From positions 5,704,001 to 5,768,000 of the forward strand of contig OZ024745.1 of assembly GCA_964016885.1 (NCBI GenBank): a stretch of 64,000 bases of DNA. Reading direction: 5' to 3'. Positions within the stretch are counted from its first letter, which is position 1, and every line of letters starts with the position of its first letter. Shown piece by piece: positions 34,701 through 49,700 of this stretch. This DNA comes from Eledone cirrhosa (Eukaryota). The notes beneath the pieces were generated by a model. It had not been told where the DNA came from. It searched no databases and was given only the letters and a program-made list of their open reading frames with translations. The translations under genes and the position numbers were made by a program.

Positions 34701-37700
34701 ACATTTGGTCGTTATAAACTATGACAACATACATTTGGTCGTTATAAACTATGACAACATTTGGTCGTTATAAACTATGGCAACATTTGGTCGTTATAAA
34801 CTATGACAACATTTGGTCGTTATAAACTATGACAACATTTGGTCGTTATAAACTATGACAACATTTGGTCGTTATAAACTATGACAACATACATTTGGAC
34901 GTTATAAACTATGGCAACATACATTTGGTCGTTATAAACTATGACAACATTTGGTCGTTATAAACTATGACAAAATTTGGTCGCTATAAACTATGACAAC
35001 ATTTGGTCGTTATAAACTATGACAACATTTGGTCGTTATAAACTGACAACATTTGGTCGTTATAAACTATGACAACATACATTTCGTCGCTATAATCTAT
35101 GACAACACTTGGTCGTTATAAACTATGACAACATACATTTGGTCGTTATAAACTATGACAACATTTGGTCGTTATAAACTATGACAACATACATTTGGTC
35201 GTTATAAACTTTGACAACATTTGGTCGTTATAAACTATGACAACATACATTTGGTCGTTATATACTATGACAACATACATTTGGTCGTTATAAACTATGA
35301 CAACATTTGGTCGTTATAAACCATGACAACATTTGGTCGTTATAAACTATGACCACATACATTTGGTCGTTATAAACTATGACAACATACATTTGGACGT
35401 TATAAACTATGACAACATTTGGTCGTTATAAACTATGACAACATTTGGTATTTATAAACTATGACAACATACATTTGGTCGTTATAAACTATGACAACAT
35501 ACATTTGGTCTTTATAAACTATGACAACATTTGGTCGTTATAAACTATGACAACATTTGGTCGTTATAAACTATGACAACATTTGGTCGTTATAAACTAT
35601 GACAACATCTGGTCGTTATAAACTATGACAACATACATTTGGTCGTTATAAACTATGACAACATTTGGTTGGTATAAACTATGACAACATACATTTGGAC
35701 GTTATAAACTATGACAACTTTTGGTCGTTATAAACTATGACAACATACATTTCGTCGTTATAAACTATGGCAACATTTGGTCGTTATAAACTATGACAAC
35801 ATTTGGTCGTAATAAACTATGACAACATTTGGTCGTAATAAACTATGACAACATACATTTGGTCGTTATAAACTATGACAACATTTGGTCGTTATAAACT
35901 ATGAGAACAAACATTTGGTCGTTATAAACTATGACAACATACATTAGGTCGTTATAAACTATGGCAACATTTGGTCGTTATAAACTATGACAACATTTGG
36001 TCGTTATAATCTATGACAACATACATTTGTTCGTTATAAACTATGACAATATTTGGTCGTTATAAACTATGGCAACACTTTGTCGTTATTAACTATGACA
36101 ACATTTGGTCGTTATAAACTATGACAACATTTGGTCGTTATAAACTATGACAACATTTGCTCGTTATAAATTATAACAACATACATTTGGACGTTATAAA
36201 CTATGAAAACATACATTTCGTCGCTATAATCTATGACAACATTTGGTCGTTATAAACTATGACAACATACATTTGGTCGTTATAAACTATGACAACATAC
36301 ATTTGGTCGTTATAAACTATGACAACATTTGGTCGTTATAAACTACGACAACATTTGGTCGTTATAAATTATGACAACATTTAGTCGTTATAAACTATGA
36401 CAACATACATTTGGTCGTTATAAACTATGACAACATACATTTGGTCGTTATAAACTATGACAACATTTGGTCGTTATAAACTATGGCAACATTTGGTCGT
36501 TATAAACTATGACAACATTTGGTCGTTATAAACTATGACAACATTTGGTCGTTATAAACTATGACAACATTTGGTCGTTATAAACTATGACAACATACAT
36601 TTGGACGTTATAAACTATGGCAACATACATTTGGTCGTTATAAACTATGACAACATTTGGTCGTTATAAACTATGACAACATTTGGTCGCTATAAACTAT
36701 GACAACATTTGGTCGTTATAAACTATGACAACATTTGGTCGTTATAAACTGACAACATTTGGTCGTTATAAACTATGACAACATACATTTCGTCGCTATA
36801 ATCTATGACAACACTTGGTCGTTATAAACTATGACAACATACATTTGGTCGTTATAAACTATGACAACATTTGGTCGTTATAAACTATGACAACATACAT
36901 TTGGTCGTTATAAACTTTGACAACATTTGGTCGTTATAAACTATGACAACATACATTTGGTCGTTATAAACTATGACAACATACATTTGGTCGTTATAAA
37001 CTATGACAACATACATTTGGTCGTTATAAACTATGACAACATTTGGTCGTTATAAACTATGGCAACATTTGGTCGTTATAAACTATGACAACATTTGGTC
37101 GTTATAAACTATGACAACATTTGGTCGTTATAAACTATGACAACATTTGGTCGTTATAAACTATGACAACATACATTTGGACGTTATAAACTATGGCAAC
37201 ATACATTTGGTCGTTATAAACTATGACAACATTTGGTCGTTATAAACTATGACAACATTTGGTCGCTATAAACTATGACAACATTTGGTCGTTATAAACT
37301 ATGACAACATTTGGTCGTTATAAACTGACAACATTTGGTCGTTATAAACTATGACAACATACATTTCGTCGCTATAATCTATGACAACACTTGGTCGTTA
37401 TAAACTATGACAACATACATTTGGTCGTTATAAACTATGACAACATTTGGTCGTTATAAACTATGACAACATACATTTGGTCGTTATAAACTTTGACAAC
37501 ATTTGGTCGTTATAAACTATGACAACATACATTTGGTCGTTATAAACTATGACAACATACATTTGGTCGTTATAAACTATGACAACATTTGGTCGTTATA
37601 AACTATGACAACATTTGGTCGTTATAAACTATGACCACATACATTTGGTCGTTATAAACTATGACAACATACATTTGGTCGTTATAAACTATGACAACAT

Positions 37701-40700
37701 ACATTAGTTCGTTATAAACTATGACAACATTTGGTCTTTATAAAGTATGACAACATACATTTGTTCGTTATAAACTATGACAACATTTGGTCGTTATAAA
37801 CTATGACAACATTTGGTCGTTATAAACTATGACAACATTTGGTCGTTATAAACTATGACAACATACATTTGGTCGTTATAAACTATGACAACATTTGGCC
37901 GTTATAAACTATGACAACATTTGGTCGTTATAAACTATGACAACATTTGGTCGTTATAAACTATGACAACATACATTTGGTCGTTATAAACTATGACAAC
38001 ATTTGGTCGTTATAAACTATGACAACATTTGGTATTTATAAACTATGACAACATACATTTGGTCGTTATAAACTATGACAACATACATTTGGTCTTTATA
38101 AACTATGACAACATTTGGTCGTTATAAACTATGACAACATTTGGTCGTTATAAACTATGACAACATTTGGTCGTTATAAACTATGACAACATCTGGTCGT
38201 TATAAACTATGACAACATACATTTGGTCGTTATAAACTATGACAACATTTGGTTGGTATAAACTATGACAACATACATTTGGACGTTATAAACTATGACA
38301 ACTTTTGGTCGTTATAAACTATGACAACATACATTTCGTCGTTATAAACTATGGCAACATTTGGTCGTTATAAACTATGACAACATTTGGTCGTAATAAA
38401 CTATGACAACATTTGGTCGTAATAAACTATGACAACATACATTTGGTCGTTATAAACTATGACAACATTTGGTCGTTATAAACTATGAGAACAAACATTT
38501 GGTCGTTATAAACTATGACAACATACATTAGGTCGTTATAAACTATGGCAACATTTGGTCGTTATAAACTATGACAACATTTGGTCGTTATAATCTATGA
38601 CAACATACATTTGTTCGTTATAAACTATGACAATATTTGGTCGTTATAAACTATGGCAACACTTTGTCGTTATTAACTATGACAACATTTGGTCGTTATA
38701 AACTATGACAACATACATTTGGTCGTTATAAACTATGACAACATTTGGTCGTTATATATTATGACAACATTTGGTCGTTATAAACTATGACAACATTTGG
38801 TCGTTATAAACTATGACAACATTTGCTCGTTATAAATTATAACAACATACATTTGGACGTTATAAACAATGAAAACATACATTTCGTCGCTATAATCTAT
38901 GACAACATTTGGTCGTTATAAACTATGACAACATACATTTGGTCGTTATAAACTATGACAACATACATTTGGTCGTTATAAACTATGACAACATTTGGTC
39001 GTTATAAACTACGACAACATTTGGTCGTTATAAATTATGACAACATTTAGTCGTTATAAACTATGACAACATACATTTGGTCGTTATAAACTATGACAAC
39101 ATACATTTGGTCGTTATAAACTATGACAACATTTGGTCGTTATAAACTATGGCAACATTTGGTCGTTATAAACTATGACAACATTTGGTCGTTATAAACT
39201 ATGACAACATTTGGTCGTTATAAACTATGACAACATTTGGTCGTTATAAACTATGACAACATACATTTGGACGTTATAAACTATGGCAACATACATTTGG
39301 TCGTTATAAACTATCACAACATTTGGTCGTTATAAACTATGACAACATTTGGTCGCTATAAACTATGACAACATTTGGTCGTTATAAACTATGACAACAT
39401 TTGGTCGTTATAAACTGACAACATTTGGTCGTTATAAATTATGACAACATACATTTCGTCGCTATAATCTATGACAACACTTGGTCGTTATAAACTATGA
39501 CAACATTTGGTCGTTATAAACTATGACAACATACATTTGGTCGTTATAAACTTTGACAACATTTGGTCGTTATAAACTATGACAACATACATTTGGTCGT
39601 TATAAACTATGACAACATACATTTGGACGTTATAAACTATGACAACATTTGGTCGTTATAAACTATGACAACATTTGGTATTTATAAACTATGACAACAT
39701 ACATTTGGTCGTTATAAACTATGACAACATACATTTGGTCTTTATAAACTATGACAACATTTGGTCGTTATAAACTATGACAACATTTGGTCGTTATAAA
39801 CTATGACAACATTTGGTCGTTATAAACTATGACAACATCTGGTCGTTATAAACTATGACAACATACATTTGGTCGTTATAAACTATGACAACATTTGGTT
39901 GGTATAAACTATGACAACATACATTTGGACGTTATAAACTATGACCACTTTTGGTCGTTATAAACTATGACAACATACATTTCGTCGTTATAAACTATGG
40001 CAACATTTGGTCGTTATAAACTATGACAACATTTGGTCGTAATAAACTATGACAACATTTGGTCGTAATAAACTATGACAACATACATTTGGTCGTTATA
40101 AACTATGACAACATTTGGTCGTTATAAACTATGAGAACAAACATTTGGTCGTTATAAACTATGACAACATACATTAGGTCGTTATAAACTATGGCAACAT
40201 TTGGTCGTTATAAACTATGACAACATTTGGTCGTTATAATCTATGACAACATACATTTGTTCGTTATAAACTATGACAATATTTGGTCGTTATAAACTAT
40301 GGCAACACTTTGTCGTTATTAACTATGACAACATTTGGTCGTTATAAACTATGACAACATACATTTGGTCGTTATAAACTATGACAACATTTGGTCGTTA
40401 TATATTATGACAACATTTGGTCGTTATAAACTATGACAACATTTGGTCGTTATAAACTATGACAACATTTGGTCGTTATAAACTATGACAACATACATTT
40501 GGTCGTTATAAACTATGACAACATACATTTGGACGTTATAAACTATGACAACATTTGGTCGTTATAAACTATGACAACATTTGGTATTTATAAACTATGA
40601 CAACATACATTTGGTCGTTATAAACTATGACAACATACATTTGGTCTGTATAAACTATGACAACATTTGGTCGTTATAAACTATGACAACATTTGGTCGT

Positions 40701-43700
40701 TATAAACTATGACAACATTTGGTCGTTATAAACTATGACAACATCTGGTCGTTATAAACTATGACAACATACATTTGGTCGTTATAAACTATGACAACAT
40801 TTGGTTGGTATAAACTATGACAACATACATTTGGACGTTATAAACTATGACAACTTTTGGTCGTTATAAACTATGACAACATACATTTCGTCGTTATAAA
40901 CTATGGCAACATTTGGTCGTTATAAACTATGACAACATTTGGTCGTAATAAACTATGACAACATTTGGTCGTAATAAACTATGACAACATACATTTGGTC
41001 GTTATAAACTATGACAACATTTGGTCGTTATAAACTATGAGAACAAACATTTGGTCGTTATAAACTATGACAACATACATTAGGTCGTTATAAACTATGG
41101 CAACATTTGGTCGTTATAAACTATGACAACATTTGGTCGTTATAATCTATGACAACATACATTTGTTCGTTATAAACTATGACAATATTTGGTCGTTATA
41201 AACTATGGCAACACTTTGTCGTTATTAACTATGACAACATTTGGTCGTTATAAACTATGACAACATACATTTGGTCGTTATAAACTATGACAACATTTGG
41301 TCGTTATATATTATGACAACATTTGGTCGTTATAAACTATGACAACATTTGGTCGTTATAAACTATGACAACATTTGCTCGTTATAAATTATAACAACAT
41401 ACATTTGGACGTTATAAACAATGAAAACATACATTTCGTCGCTATAATCTATGACAACATTTGGTCGTTATAAACTATGACAACATACATTTGGTCGTTA
41501 TAAACTATGACAACATTTGGTCGTTATAAACTACGACAACATTTGGTCGTTATAAATTATGACAACATTTAGTCGTTATAAACTATGACAACATACATTT
41601 GGTCGTTATAAACTATGACAACATACATTTGGTCGTTATAAACTATGACAACATTTGGTCGTTATAAACTATGGCAACATTTGGTCGTTATAAACTATGA
41701 CAACATTTGGTCGTTATAAACTATGACAACATTTGGTCGTTATAAACTATGACAACATTTGGTCGTTATAAACTATGACAACATACATTTGGACGTTATA
41801 AACTATGGCAACATACATTTGGTCGTTATAAACTATGACAACATTTGGTCGTTATAAACTATGACAACATTTGGTCGCTATAAACTATGACAACATTTGG
41901 TCGTTATAAACTATGACAACATTTGGTCGTTATAAACTGACAACATTTGGTCGTTATAAACTATGACAACATACATTTCGTCGCTATAATCTATGACAAC
42001 ACTTGGTCGTTATAAACTATGACAACATACATTTGGTCGTTATAAACTATGACAACATTTGGTCGTTATAAACTATGACAACATACATTTGGTCGTTATA
42101 AACTTTGACAACATTTGGTCGTTATAAACTATGACAACATACATTTGGTCGTTATATACTATGACAACATACATTTGGTCGTTATAAACTATGACAACAT
42201 TTGGTCGTTATAAACCATGACAACATTTGGTCGTTATAAACTATGACCACATACATTTGGTCGTTATAAACTATGACAACATACATTTGGACGTTATAAA
42301 CTATGACAACATTTGGTCGTTATAAACTATGACAACATTTGGTATTTATAAACTATGACAACATACATTTGGTCGTTATAAACTATGACAACATACATTT
42401 GGTCTTTATAAACTATGACAACATTTGGTCGTTATAAACTATGACAACATTTGGTCGTTATAAACTATGACAACATTTGGTCGTTATAAACTATGACAAC
42501 ATCTGGTCGTTATAAACTATGACAACATACATTTGGTCGTTATAAACTATGACAACATTTGGTTGGTATAAACTATGACAACATACATTTGGACGTTATA
42601 AACTATGACAACTTTTGGTCGTTATAAACTATGACAACATACATTTCGTCGTTATAAACTATGGCAACATTTGGTCGTTATAAACTATGACAACATTTGG
42701 TCGTAATAAACTATGACAACATTTGGTCGTAATAAACTATGACAACATACATTTGGTCGTTATAAACTATGACAACATTTGGTCGTTATAAACTATGAGA
42801 ACAAACATTTGGTCGTTATAAACTATGACAACATACATTAGGTCGTTATAAACTATGGCAACATTTGGTCGTTATAAACTATGACAACATTTGGTCGTTA
42901 TAATCTATGACAACATACATTTGTTCGTTATAAACTATGACAATATTTGGTCGTTATAAACTATGGCAACACTTTGTCGTTATTAACTATGACAACATTT
43001 GGTCGTTATAAACTATGACAACATTTGGTCGTTATAAACTATGACAACATTTGCTCGTTATAAATTATAACAACATACATTTGGACGTTATAAACTATGA
43101 AAACATACATTTCGTCGCTATAATCTATGACAACATTTGGTCGTTATAAACTATGACAACATACATTTGGTCGTTATAAACTATGACAACATACATTTGG
43201 TCGTTATAAACTATGACAACATTTGGTCGTTATAAACTACGACAACATTTGGTCGTTATAAATTATGACAACATTTAGTCGTTATAAACTATGACAACAT
43301 ACATTTGGTCGTTATAAACTATGACAACATACATTTGGTCGTTATAAACTATGACAACATTTGGTCGTTATAAACTATGGCAACATTTGGTCGTTATAAA
43401 CTATGACAACATTTGGTCGTTATAAACTATGACAACATTTGGTCGTTATAAACTATGACAACATTTGGTCGTTATAAACTATGACAACATACATTTGGAC
43501 GTTATAAACTATGGCAACATACATTTGGTCGTTATAAACTATGACAACATTTGGTCGTTATAAACTATGACAACATTTGGTCGCTATAAACTATGACAAC
43601 ATTTGGTCGTTATAAACTATGACAACATTTGGTCGTTATAAACTGACAACATTTGGTCGTTATAAACTATGACAACATACATTTCGTCGCTATAATCTAT

Positions 43701-46700
43701 GACAACACTTGGTCGTTATAAACTATGACAACATACATTTGGTCGTTATAAACTATGACAACATTTGGTCGTTATAAACTATGACAACATACATTTGGTC
43801 GTTATAAACTTTGACAACATTTGGTCGTTATAAACTATGACAACATACATTTGGTCGTTATAAACTATGACAACATACATTTGGTCGTTATAAACTATGA
43901 CAACATACATTTGGTCGTTATAAACTATGACAACATTTGGTCGTTATAAACTATGGCAACATTTGGTCGTTATAAACTATGACAACATTTGGTCGTTATA
44001 AACTATGACAACATTTGGTCGTTATAAACTATGACAACATTTGGTCGTTATAAACTATGACAACATACATTTGGACGTTATAAACTATGGCAACATACAT
44101 TTGGTCGTTATAAACTATGACAACATTTGGTCGTTATAAACTATGACAACATTTGGTCGCTATAAACTATGACAACATTTGGTCGTTATAAACTATGACA
44201 ACATTTGGTCGTTATAAACTGACAACATTTGGTCGTTATAAACTATGACAACATACATTTCGTCGCTATAATCTATGACAACACTTGGTCGTTATAAACT
44301 ATGACAACATACATTTGGTCGTTATAAACTATGACAACATTTGGTCGTTATAAACTATGACAACATACATTTGGTCGTTATAAACTTTGACAACATTTGG
44401 TCGTTATAAACTATGACAACATACATTTGGTCGTTATAAACTATGACAACATACATTTGGTCGTTATAAACTATGACAACATTTGGTCGTTATAAACTAT
44501 GACAACATTTGGTCGTTATAAACTATGACCACATACATTTGGTCGTTATAAACTATGACAACATACATTTGGTCGTTATAAACTATGACAACATACATTA
44601 GTTCGTTATAAACTATGACAACATTTGGTCTTTATAAAGTATGACAACATACATTTGTTCGTTATAAACTATGACAACATTTGGTCGTTATAAACTATGA
44701 CAACATTTGGTCGTTATAAACTATGACAACATTTGGTCGTTATAAACTATGACAACATACATTTGGTCGTTATAAACTATGACAACATTTGGCCGTTATA
44801 AACTATGACAACATTTGGTCGTTATAAACTATGACAACATTTGGTCGTTATAAACTATGACAACATACATTTGGTCGTTATAAACTATGACAACATTTGG
44901 TCGTTATAAACTATGACAACATTTGGTATTTATAAACTATGACAACATACATTTGGTCGTTATAAACTATGACAACATACATTTGGTCTTTATAAACTAT
45001 GACAACATTTGGTCGTTATAAACTATGACAACATTTGGTCGTTATAAACTATGACAACATTTGGTCGTTATAAACTATGACAACATCTGGTCGTTATAAA
45101 CTATGACAACATACATTTGGTCGTTATAAACTATGACAACATTTGGTTGGTATAAACTATGACAACATACATTTGGACGTTATAAACTATGACAACTTTT
45201 GGTCGTTATAAACTATGACAACATACATTTCGTCGTTATAAACTATGGCAACATTTGGTCGTTATAAACTATGACAACATTTGGTCGTAATAAACTATGA
45301 CAACATTTGGTCGTAATAAACTATGACAACATACATTTGGTCGTTATAAACTATGACAACATTTGGTCGTTATAAACTATGAGAACAAACATTTGGTCGT
45401 TATAAACTATGACAACATACATTAGGTCGTTATAAACTATGGCAACATTTGGTCGTTATAAACTATGACAACATTTGGTCGTTATAATCTATGACAACAT
45501 ACATTTGTTCGTTATAAACTATGACAATATTTGGTCGTTATAAACTATGGCAACACTTTGTCGTTATTAACTATGACAACATTTGGTCGTTATAAACTAT
45601 GACAACATACATTTGGTCGTTATAAACTATGACAACATTTGGTCGTTATATATTATGACAACATTTGGTCGTTATAAACTATGACAACATTTGGTCGTTA
45701 TAAACTATGACAACATTTGCTCGTTATAAATTATAACAACATACATTTGGACGTTATAAACAATGAAAACATACATTTCGTCGCTATAATCTATGACAAC
45801 ATTTGGTCGTTATAAACTATGACAACATACATTTGGTCGTTATAAACTATGACAACATACATTTGGTCGTTATAAACTATGACAACATTTGGTCGTTATA
45901 AACTACGACAACATTTGGTCGTTATAAATTATGACAACATTTAGTCGTTATAAACTATGACAACATACATTTGGTCGTTATAAACTATGACAACATACAT
46001 TTGGTCGTTATAAACTATGACAACATTTGGTCGTTATAAACTATGGCAACATTTGGTCGTTATAAACTATGACAACATTTGGTCGTTATAAACTATGACA
46101 ACATTTGGTCGTTATAAACTATGACAACATTTGGTCGTTATAAACTATGACAACATACATTTGGACGTTATAAACTATGGCAACATACATTTGGTCGTTA
46201 TAAACTATCACAACATTTGGTCGTTATAAACTATGACAACATTTGGTCGCTATAAACTATGACAACATTTGGTCGTTATAAACTATGACAACATTTGGTC
46301 GTTATAAACTGACAACATTTGGTCGTTATAAATTATGACAACATACATTTCGTCGCTATAATCTATGACAACACTTGGTCGTTATAAACTATGACAACAT
46401 TTGGTCGTTATAAACTATGACAACATACATTTGGTCGTTATAAACTTTGACAACATTTGGTCGTTATAAACTATGACAACATACATTTGGTCGTTATAAA
46501 CTATGACAACATACATTTGGACGTTATAAACTATGACAACATTTGGTCGTTATAAACTATGACAACATTTGGTATTTATAAACTATGACAACATACATTT
46601 GGTCGTTATAAACTATGACAACATACATTTGGTCTTTATAAACTATGACAACATTTGGTCGTTATAAACTATGACAACATTTGGTCGTTATAAACTATGA

Positions 46701-49700
46701 CAACATTTGGTCGTTATAAACTATGACAACATCTGGTCGTTATAAACTATGACAACATACATTTGGTCGTTATAAACTATGACAACATTTGGTTGGTATA
46801 AACTATGACAACATACATTTGGACGTTATAAACTATGACCACTTTTGGTCGTTATAAACTATGACAACATACATTTCGTCGTTATAAACTATGGCAACAT
46901 TTGGTCGTTATAAACTATGACAACATTTGGTCGTAATAAACTATGACAACATTTGGTCGTAATAAACTATGACAACATACATTTGGTCGTTATAAACTAT
47001 GACAACATTTGGTCGTTATAAACTATGAGAACAAACATTTGGTCGTTATAAACTATGACAACATACATTAGGTCGTTATAAACTATGGCAACATTTGGTC
47101 GTTATAAACTATGACAACATTTGGTCGTTATAATCTATGACAACATACATTTGTTCGTTATAAACTATGACAATATTTGGTCGTTATAAACTATGGCAAC
47201 ACTTTGTCGTTATTAACTATGACAACATTTGGTCGTTATAAACTATGACAACATACATTTGGTCGTTATAAACTATGACAACATTTGGTCGTTATATATT
47301 ATGACAACATTTGGTCGTTATAAACTATGACAACATTTGGTCGTTATAAACTATGACAACATTTGCTCGTTATAAATTATAACAACATACATTTGGACGT
47401 TATAAACAATGAAAACATACATTTCGTCGCTATAATCTATGACAACATTTGGTCGTTATAAACTATGACAACATACATTTGGTCGTTATAAACTATGACA
47501 ACATACATTTGGTCGTTATAAACTATGACAACATTTGGTCGTTATAAACTACGACAACATTTGGTCGTTATAAATTATGACAACATTTAGTCGTTATAAA
47601 CTATGACAACATACATTTGGTCGTTATAAACTATGACAACATACATTTGGTCATTATAAACTATGACAACATTTGGTCGTTATAAACTATGGCAACATTT
47701 GGTCGTTATAAACTATGACAACATTTGGTCGTTATAAACTATGACAACATTTGGTCGTTATAAACTATGACAACATTTGGTCGTTATAAACTATGACAAC
47801 ATACATTTGGACGTTATAAACTATGGCAACATACATTTGGTCGTTATAAACTATGACAACATTTGGTCGTTATAAACTATGACAACATTTGGTCGCTATA
47901 AACTATGACAACATTTGGTCGTTATAAACTATGACAACATTTGGTCGTTATAAACTGACAACATTTGGTCGTTATAAACTATGACAACATACATTTCGTC
48001 GCTATAATCTATGACAACACTTGGTCGTTATAAACTATGACAACATTTGGTCGTTATAAACTATGACAACATACATTTGGTCGTTATAAACTTTGACAAC
48101 ATTTGGTCGTTATAAACTATGACAACATACATTTGGTCGTTATAAACTATGACAACATACATTTGGTCGTTATAAACTATGACAACATTTGGTCGTTATA
48201 AACTATGACAACATTTGGTCGTTATAAACTATGACCACATACATTTGGTCGTTATAAACTATGACAACATACATTTGGACGTTATAAACTATGACAACAT
48301 TTGGTCGTTATAAACTATGACAACATTTGGTATTTATAAACTATGACAACATACATTTGGTCGTTATAAACTATGACAACATACATTTGGTCTTTATAAA
48401 CTATGACAACATTTGGTCGTTATAAACTATGACAACATTTGGTCGTTATAAACTATGACAACATTTGGTCGTTATAAACTATGACAACATCTGGTCGTTA
48501 TAAACTATGACCACATACATTTGGTCGTTATAAACTATGACAACATACATTTCGTCGTTATAAACTATGGCAACATTTGGTCGTTATAAACTATGACAAC
48601 ATTTGGTCGTAATAAACTATGACAACATTTGGTCGTAATAAACTATGACAACATACATTTGGTCGTTATAAACTATGACAACATTTGGTCGTTATAAACT
48701 ATGAGAACAAACATTTGGTCGTTATAAACTATGACAACATACATTAGGTCGTTATAAACTATGGCAACATTTGGTCGTTATAAAGTATGACAACATTTGG
48801 TCGTTATAATCTATGACAACATACATTTGTTCGTTATAAACTATGACAATATTTGGTCGTTATAAACTATGGCAACACTTTGTCGTTATTAACTATGACA
48901 ACATTTGGTCGTTATAAACTATGACAACATTTGGTCGTTATAAACTATGACAACATTTGCTCGTTATAAATTATAACAACATACATTTGGACGTTATAAA
49001 CTATGAAAACATACATTTCGTCGCTATAATCTATGACAACATTTGGTCGTTATAAACTATGACAACATACATTTGGTCGTTATAAACTATGACAACATAC
49101 ATTTGGTCGTTATAAACTATGACAACATTTGGTCGTTATAAACTACGACAACATTTGGTCGTTATAAATTATGACAACATTTAGTCGTTATAAACTATGA
49201 CAACATACATTTGGTCGTTATAAACTATGACAACATACATTTGGTCGTTATAAACTATGACAACATTTGGTCGTTATAAACTATGGCAACATTTGGTCGT
49301 TATAAACTATGACAACATTTGGTCGTTATAAACTATGACAACATTTGGTCGTTATAAACTATGACAACATTTGGTCGTTATAAACTATGACAACATACAT
49401 TTGGACGTTATAAACTATGGCAACATACATTTGGTCGTTATAAACTATGACAACATTTGGTCGTTATAAACTATGACAACATTTGGTCGCTATAAACTAT
49501 GACAACATTTGGTCGTTATAAACTATGACAACATTTGGTCGTTATAAACTGACAACATTTGGTCGTTATAAACTATGACAACATACATTTCGTCGCTATA
49601 ATCTATGACAACACTTGGTCGTTATAAACTATGACAACATACATTTGGTCGTTATAAACTATGACAACATTTGGTCGTTATAAACTATGACAACATACAT

